NCBI GenBank assembly: GCA_050303635.1
Contig: JBNLCD010000002.1
Coordinates: 1 to 51,995 of the forward strand
DNA from: Anaerolineae bacterium
GTDB taxonomy: Bacteria; Chloroflexota; Anaerolineae; Aggregatilineales; J027
DNA length: 51,995 nucleotides
Direction: 5' to 3'
The notes beneath the pieces were generated by a model. The model made no database searches. It had not been told where the DNA came from and worked only from the letters and a program-made list of their open reading frames with translations. Positions 9,320 through 17,000 of the stretch are shown in pieces; position 1 is the first letter of the stretch; each line of letters begins with the position of its first letter. A program made the translations under genes and the position numbers.

Positions 9320-9459
9320 ATCGGTTGCTCTAGAGAGGTACAGACAGGCGAAACTATGACACCCAAAGAGGCCCCTTATGGCTGCTACCTTTCGGTCCTG
9401 ACCAGATTCGACAGCATTTGCCGCATAGGACCCATCTGAACCTCACCGGAACAACCGAT
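9320..9459 (-). ncRNA. ffs: Signal recognition particle RNA (4.5S/small bacterial type)
   Basis: The minus-strand sequence CUGGUCAGGACCGAAAGGUAGCAGCCAUAAGG matches the universally conserved SRP domain IV (E. coli 4.5S: CAGGUCAGGUCCGGAAGGAAGCAGCCAAGG). It has a GNRA loop (GAAA) and a compensatory U-A to A-U change in the closing stem. The ends form an 11-bp terminal helix (AUCGGUUGUUC/GAGCAACCGAU). Two further helices are CAGAUGGG/CCUGUCUG and CUAUG/CAUAG. Exact 5' and 3' ends are inferred from the terminal helix. Confidence 0.85.
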
Positions 9460-9466
9460 CAATGTC

Positions 9467-9494
9467 ATTATAGCAAGGCTCAGACAAACTTCAA
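9467..9494 (-). promoter_or_regulatory. Sigma-70-type promoter for the SRP RNA
   Basis: On the minus strand, TTGAAG (9494-9489), a 16-nt spacer, then TATAAT (9472-9467). This lies 8 nt upstream of the first base of the terminal helix of the SRP RNA. Confidence 0.6.
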
Positions 9495-9510
9495 GAGTCG
9501 CTTGTCTGAC

Positions 9511-10590
9511 TTAGCGATTACGTCGCCGCCATTCATCTTTCATCTCTAGTTTTGAAATATCAGGCGCTTCTAAGAAATCACGCAATAAACGAACAAATTT
9601 TGTTGTATCTTCTAGCATGGGAAAGTGTCTGAGGTTGGGCATTACAATCACTTTTTTAGACCCTACCGACAGACGATCTAAGATGTCTTTCTTGGGTAAG
9701 CTAACGAGCGTATCACTTTCACCAAACAACGCAACAGTTGGTGACTTAATTTTGATAAGTTCATGATAGGTGCTGATATAACGGAATGAACTGGTGCTCA
9801 TTTGCAAGGCTTCCGTTGTTGTTTTGGCAACTTCAGCCTTCAACTTTTCAAAGTCACCTGATGATGTGTCCATATGTTGTGATAGCAAATTCAACGGATT
9901 CATATCACCCAAAATACCCTCAACCGGGTTGGGGAAGACAACTTCACCTTTAGGCGCAGGCGGACTGGGTGGTGGTGGCGTTGGCTTGCTATCTGCGGCT
10001 GGTTTGGCTTGAGCATTCGCTGATTTGTCAGCTTGTGCAGATGTTTTCTTGCTTTCCTCGCGGGCTTCAATTCGTTTCGCAATACCTTCTAAACCAGCGG
10101 CGAGCGCGGCTTGACGTAGTTGTTCGCGATCAATGCCGGCTGTATCAGGGCGCACAATGGTTTCCATAACTGAGGGTAGAGCCGCGGGTGCTTGAGCATT
10201 GGAACTACTTGGTGCTGTATCGAAAAGTGGTGGTGAAATAACCATCAACTTATGGACTTTATCACTGTATTTGGGGTCGAGTGCATAGTGTGTCAACACA
10301 GCCGCACCCAAACCATGTCCGACAAACACAGCCTTAGGAATACCCATTTTCTCAACAAATGCTCGAATTAGCGCAACTTGTCCTTCAAGGTGATAGTGAT
10401 CTCGATTCTTCCCCGAATCACCAAAACCCCATAAATCGACAGCATAAGTACGATATTTAGGACCTAATTGGCTGATGGTTGGGATCCAGTAACGCCAAGA
10501 ACCTAACCAACTATGGACAAACACAACTGGTTTACCGCGACCTAAAACTTCGTAGTGAACTAAATCATTACCGATGGTAATTGCACTCAT
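9511..10590 (-). CDS. Alpha/beta-hydrolase-fold protein with Ser->Gly at the nucleophile elbow and a long Ala/Pro/Lys-rich insertion (probable pseudo-enzyme)
   Basis: 359-aa ORF. The N-terminal core is VVFVHSWLGSWRYW...DLWGFGDSGK, typical of the fold. The elbow reads VGHGLGA (codon GGT) where G-x-S-x-G is expected. The acid (GESDT) and His (LRHFP) positions are retained. An insert of about 100 aa is low-complexity (…KKTSAQADKSANAQAKPAADSKPTPPPPSPPAPKG…). Confidence 0.65.
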   Translation of the reverse strand: MSAITIGNDLVHYEVLGRGKPVVFVHSWLGSWRYWIPTISQLGPKYRTYAVDLWGFGDSGKNRDHYHLEGQVALIRAFVEKMGIPKAVFVGHGLGAAVLTHYALDPKYSDKVHKLMVISPPLFDTAPSSSNAQAPAALPSVMETIVRPDTAGIDREQLRQAALAAGLEGIAKRIEAREESKKTSAQADKSANAQAKPAADSKPTPPPPSPPAPKGEVVFPNPVEGILGDMNPLNLLSQHMDTSSGDFEKLKAEVAKTTTEALQMSTSSFRYISTYHELIKIKSPTVALFGESDTLVSLPKKDILDRLSVGSKKVIVMPNLRHFPMLEDTTKFVRLLRDFLEAPDISKLEMKDEWRRRNR

Positions 10591-10635
10591 TCGTTAAATT
10601 CTGCCTTAATTGCTTTTAGTATACGTAAGCACTAA

Positions 10636-11013
10636 TTATTCAATGTTGAATTGTTGCAAAATTTCGCTAATGCGCTTGGTCAAATCGTCTGGGGCAAATG
10701 GTTTGACAATATACTCATATGCGCCACTATCTAATCCGGCATCAATTTCTTCGGATTGGCCATGTGCTGACAAGAACACGATAGGAATATCTTTTACGGC
10801 ATCAATTTTTTTAAGGGCATTACACGCCTCAACACCCGTCATTTGCGGCATGCGAATATCAAGCATGATTAAATCTGGCATCAATTGGGGAGCCAGTTCA
10901 ACCGCTTCTTTCCCATTTGCCGCTTTATGAATTTCATGTCCGGCAAACTTCAGCGTAAATTCAATCAAGTCACGAATATCGCGTTCATCTTCAGCAATTA
11001 AGATTTTTGCCAT
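10636..11013 (-). CDS. Single-domain CheY-like response regulator
   Basis: 125 aa. It has an acidic pocket (IAEDERD), a phospho-acceptor context (LIMLDIRMP), a conserved S (VFLSA) and K (IVKPF). It lies 52 nt downstream of the giant kinase. Confidence 0.9.
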   Translation of the reverse strand: MAKILIAEDERDIRDLIEFTLKFAGHEIHKAANGKEAVELAPQLMPDLIMLDIRMPQMTGVEACNALKKIDAVKDIPIVFLSAHGQSEEIDAGLDSGAYEYIVKPFAPDDLTKRISEILQQFNIE

Positions 11014-11065
11014 GAGTCCTGCCTCTGCTAAGTGATTCCAATAGAATCAGCGCAATGGTATTAGA

Positions 11066-14000
11066 TTAAGATTCTGCTTCACTATCACTATTTTCTTCAT
11101 CTGAAGAAAGGTTATCTTCCCTAGCGATCGGGAGCCGTACATAGAATGTTGTACCTTCACCCACAGTACTGGTAAAGCCAATTTCGCCGCTGTGCATAAG
11201 AACCAACTCACGAACAATAGCTAACCCCAAACCAGTCCCCGGTGTGTCCATAACAACTTCGCTGTATTCATCGCCACGGAAGAAGCGTTCGAAGATACGA
11301 TCCCGCACATCTTCTGGAATACCAATCCCTGTATCTGCTACAGTGATAACAATTTGTTCATCATCTGTGATAAATTGCGCTCCGAGCGTAACTTTACCAC
11401 CATCAGGCGTATAGTTAAAGGCGTTATCCGCCAAATTCTGAATGATTTGAACCAGTTTTTCGTAGTCGGCACGTACATCCGGCAAGTTCTTTTCAACTTC
11501 AATCCGCACGGTTAAGGATTTATCATCATCTTTAATTCGTCCGGAGAGGTGTTTGTTGATAACTTGGAACACTTCCGACACATTAACCGCAATAAAGCGC
11601 AATTGCAATTGGCCTTGATCGATGCGAGAAACTTCAAGCAGGTCGTTAACCAGAATACTCAAGCGATCTGCGTTTTGTTTAATGGTTTCCAAGAAACGCG
11701 CTTGTGTTTCGCTGACATCACCTGCCGCTCCGAGGAGAAGCAGATCTGCATACCCCTTAATACTGGTCATTGGTGTACGCAATTCGTGCGAGACCGTTGC
11801 CACAAATTCACTCTTCAGGCGGTCAACTTCAGCTTCACGGGTGATATCACGGAACACAGACACTGTGCCTAAGAATTGGTCACCCATGTTCACTGGTGAA
11901 AGCCGTGCACTAATTACTTTACCATCTTCAAGATGGATAATTTCTTCATGATATTCGCCAGTTTGATATTGCGTTGGATCACGCATCCATTCTTGCATGG
12001 CTTCGGTCCAGCCGCTGGCTCCCCCGCCGTAAATACCCGTTAATTCTTGAATATTACGGTTGAGCACTTGATTGGCCGACATACCTAGAATGCGTTCGGA
12101 TGTATGATTGAAGATCTTGATAATGCCTTCTTCATTAGCATACATTACACCATCTGCCACGGAATCAAGGATAGTTGAGTTTTTTGTTGATTCAACTTGT
12201 TCTTGGCGTAAAATTGCGCCAAGACGTTCAGCTTGGTCACGGATCAGACCGTATAATTCTGCGCTGTTCATTGCATTTGCCAACTGACGGGCCGCCGCAG
12301 TTACTAAGCGTAAGTGGTCATCATTGAAGATACCAATTTCTTCACTGTAGAACATGATAACGCCGCGAATATCTTCACCAGATGCCAGCAATGTTGCGAC
12401 AACTGCGTGGGGTTGGCGATGTTTTTCGGTAACCGTTACCCAGCGTGGATCTTTTTGGACATCATCCAACACAATCCCTTGCCGTTGTTGAATAATCCAG
12501 CCTGCTAACCCTTCATTTTGACGCAATTCAACAGGTTCAGGCGTAATGGTTGTTCCACTATCTTGCCCCATTGTGGCGAGAACAAAGAGATGGTCAGAAA
12601 TTTCATCAACAGCCAATACAACCGCACTGGTGGCGTTGATAGCTTCGCTAATCAATTCAAGGGCGCGTTGGAGAACCTTATCCAAATCTAGGGTCGTTTC
12701 CGCAATTTCCGTTGCGACTTCATAAAGCGTGGAAAGGCGTTGGCGTTCTTGATCAAGTTCTTGGGTTCGTTCATCGACCCGTTGTTCAAGGATTTCAGCT
12801 GAACTGGCAACTTGACGGAATAACCGTGCATTTTGAATGGCCGTAGCAACCTGCGAGGCAATAGTTGTTAAGGTCCGTTGCTCACTTAGATTGAATTTAT
12901 CTGCGCTTTGGTCATCGCGCAAGATAATCATCCCAATAACCTCAGATGTAATAATCATTGGGGCTATCAATAAACTCTTCGCTGTTGGGAAGAGTGGTTT
13001 CTTAAACTCAACGGGTAAACTGAAATTGGCCGTCTTTAGAAGAGGGACTCGATTTTGTAGGACAAAGTGAAGTTCATCACCTTCCGTCGGCGCGTAAGCT
13101 TTCATTTCCACATTTTCACCGCGTTGGTTAACCGCTACGGGGAAAGCGATTTCGTTTGCGCCACTTTCATATAAAGTGATGTAGGTGAATTCAGCTTGAG
13201 CAAGGGTCGGCAATTTATAGCGCAATGTGTTCAACATACTGTCAAGTTCCATCGTACTGGAAACAGCCGTTGAAATTTCATTAATGAGCGACAATTCTTC
13301 AACTTGTGCTTGTGTCTCGGTTTGCAGACGAGCATTTTCAATCGCAACAGCGGCTTGACTGGCCAGCGTACGAATTAACCGAATTTGGCCAGTTTCAAAA
13401 ACACGGCCCTTTTCTTTGATGTCAAGCTGAGCGACCCCGATGGTATTTTCGTTCACAACCAATGGGGCAAATAACCGGATATGAACATCCAGTTCTTCCA
13501 TATTGGCGCGTTCAACTTCATCAATCTCAGGATTTTCAACCCGTAGAATCTCTGAACGTTGATCACGCATCACGCGTGAACGAATCGGATATTCATCAAT
13601 ATTAAAGGAAACGCCTCGTTCAGGAACTAAATCATCGTACATACTTACGGCTTCGTGAACTTGGAGACGATTATTATGCGCATTCCAGAGCATGACGATA
13701 GCCGCATCAGCCCGTGCTGAACTGATCATTTGCATGGCTACCCGTTCGAGAGCATCTTCAAGGCGTAAACTCGTTGCGGTAGATTGAGCAGATTCAAAGA
13801 GCGTTTCCAGCTCATAGGTACGTTGAACTGATTGTTCAAACAAACTTGCATTTTGTACCGCAATTGCGGCTTGGTTAGCGATGGTCCGCGCTAGTTCAAC
13901 TTGCTCATTACTGAAATCTTGACCGTCAAAGAGATCGAAACGCATTAGCCCGACAATCGAGCCGCTGATAACCATTGGTACAATCAAGATACTGCTAGCA

Positions 14001-17000
14001 TCTTCGCGCCGTAATAATGGACGAATGCTCTCCGCTAACTCATTATCATCGGTATTCTTGATAACCCGTGGATAAAGCGTGTCACGCAAAACACGGTATA
14101 CAGCGTTATCGTTTAGGGTAAACACTTGCGTTGGTTCAGCATCACCACGTGGATATTCAATCCGTAGACGCCCAACATTATATTGAGTGTCAATCTGGAT
14201 GGCCGCCGCTTCTTCAACATTCAAAGCTTGGGCCGTTTCGCGTAAAGTAACCTCGAAAATGTTTTCAAGGTCAAGCGATTGTGCCAAATCTTGCGAAACA
14301 CGGTTCAACAATGATAATTGTTTGGTTTGGCGATTTAATTCTTCGGCACGTTGTTGCGTTTCAGCGAACAGTTGCGCATTGTTCAAGGCAACCGCCGCTT
14401 GGTTGGCAAAGGTTAGTACCAATTGTTCGTGTTGTTCGTTGTAGAAACCGGCTTGCCGTTTTTCAAGTTGAAGCACCCCAATGATTTCACCCTTGGAAAT
14501 CAAGGGCGCTCCGAGCCAACTCTTATAGATACGGCTCTTGCCATACGGGAAGCGTGGATCATCAGCGGTCGTATCATGGACACGAATTTGTTGTTGCGTA
14601 TCGGCCATTTCACGGAAAAGGGCGCTGTTTTCAATTTCAACCCAGAGGCCTAATAATTCTTCAACTGAAGCTGTACCTTCATCACGGAAACCACGGGCGG
14701 CTTCAATCTGCAAACGGCCTTCATGGGCCGGATCAATCATCCACAAGGTTACCCCGTCGTAGGGGATAACTTCACCGAGACTGTCCAGAATAATATCAGC
14801 CACTTCATCTGGCTTCAGTGTTTCCGTCATCTTCCCGGAAACACGAGTTAGGGCGGCTAATTGTTCAGCTCGACTAGCAAGGTCAACTTCAAGCAAAGCC
14901 CGATCAGTGATGTCTTCCACCAGTAAAACGACACCCGTAATCCGCTCACCCTGCCGCAACGGGTAGGTATAGAAGTTACGGATGATTAAGTTGCCTTCAG
15001 CGTCGGTGTCCTGAACATCAAACTGGGTTTGATCTTCACCTGTTTCAAGCGCGGTTAAGATTGAATGTTCAAGGAAGTCTTTAAAATCAGGTCGATAAGC
15101 AAATAGCGGGCGTCCGACGGCTTCAATGGTCCATGCATAACGATTGACCATGAAGGCATTGACCAATTGAATATTCATCTGGTCATCCAACACCACAATA
15201 CCTTGCTGGATGGATTGCACGACTGCTTGGTTAAATGAGGTGGTCTCATCAAGCGAGGAGAAGAGCCGTGAGTTTTGAATAGATACTGCGGACAAGTTAG
15301 CCATCCGCTGTACTAAATTTAAGGTATCGCCTTGTTCGGCGGTGGCAAATGCCCGATCAAGTTCACTGCCTAGTCGCAAAACCCCAATAGTATTACCACC
15401 GGCAACCATCGGTACAATCAAGACAGCTCGTTCACCTTCATCATTCCACGTCTTGAGGTCATGATAATTTGCTATGTCATCACTTTCAATGACATTAAAT
15501 TTCAGCATTTCATGATCTTGATAGACTTTACCTAAGGCTGAGGCTTCCATTGAAACAGGGTTATCCGGGAAGATATGTGCTTTCCCATCAGGTGTCAGCT
15601 CAACCCGCGTCATATCGAAGTTTTGAGCCTGAGTGCCACGTGGAATGGCTAGATGCATCCGCGTGAAGGCAATTAATGGTTGAAGACCAGTCGAAAGTGC
15701 TTGCACAATTTCGGTTTGATCTAACGTAGAAGCCATTGCTTCCATCAACTCATTAAGTCGTTGCTCAGTGCGAGCACGTTGTTGGGTTTCTTGATAGAGC
15801 CGTGTGTTTTCAATGGCCGCCGCCGCTTGCACTGCAAATAATTCCAGCGGACGAATAGTGTCCTCGGTAGGCCGTTCATTGTCCTGTGGCGCTTCAAGGC
15901 GCATCATCCCGATAATTCGAGCTTGGTCATGACCAAGCAAGGGGATGTAAAGCACATCCTGGGGATGCCAATAATCTGTCGGAATTTCATCCGGTGACGT
16001 GCCACGATAAATATTCTTTTGAACCCAAGGCGCATCATAGCGGAGATAATAACCACTGCCCAATTTCATCTCATGGAATTCAAGATCATTGAGCCGTTCA
16101 CGCCAAATCTTGCCGGGTAACAACTTCGTGTGCAGACGATCTGCTTCTTCTTCAGTATAACCCGCTTGAATCAAGAGCGTTGGTTCTAAATGTTCATCAC
16201 GTAAAGTAATTTGGACACGTTGCCATCCAGTTGCCGAGACAATGCCATCCGCCACGGCTTGTAAACGGGACAACATGTCGCCCGCCCGTTGGATTTCACT
16301 GGAAACCAGATGCAATTGAGCTAAACGGTCACGTTCGCGACGTGCCGACTCAGCTTCTTCTTGCACATTTTGCACGAGTTGGAAGTTTTCAAAAATGAAG
16401 GCGGCTTGGGAAGCAAACACTTCTAATGATTCAATCGTTGCGATTGCCGGGCGTTGCCCATCAATTGGATCATCTAAAGTGATATACCCCAATAACTTGT
16501 CATTGGTCCCTAACATGGGTACAAAGCAGAAATCTTTAGGCGTCCATGTGCGGGTTTTACCTTCAGCCAAACTACCCATTGGTGCATCAAATAGGGTTAA
16601 GTTCTCGGTCCACCATTCATGCTCTAGTTCAATCGGCAGATAATAAGAATTGTTGCCGAGCCGCCATTTGTCGTCCATTAAGCCTTCAATGGTACTGATT
16701 TCATTCAACTTGGTGAGCAATGTCCCGACTTGGTCAACCGGAATACCTGCATACCCAGAAACATTGAAGACTTCACCTGACGCGGCTAAGGTATTGATAG
16801 TCACAACCCGGAAACCAAGTGTTTCGCCAATATCGTGGGCGATTTCTTCCATGATTTCTTCGAGGGATGCGCCTTCACGGAGCATTTCACTCAGGCCGAA
16901 GATTTGTTCCGCTTGGTTCACCCGACCCCGCAACCGTTCATTGAGTTCTAATTGGTCACGGTAGCGGCGCGCATTACTAACAGCCAATGATGCTTGGCGC

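Noticed and set aside
9303-9510. My first thought was that the structured spacer upstream of the DUF348-G5 cell-wall gene is a ydaO-type c-di-AMP riboswitch, which often precedes such genes.
   Set aside because: The conserved core reads GGUCAGGACCGAAAGGUAGCAGCC, which is the SRP RNA domain IV signature. The molecule closes with a long terminal helix typical of 4.5S RNA. I see no ydaO-like pseudo-symmetric ACGGGGA/CCCA elements.
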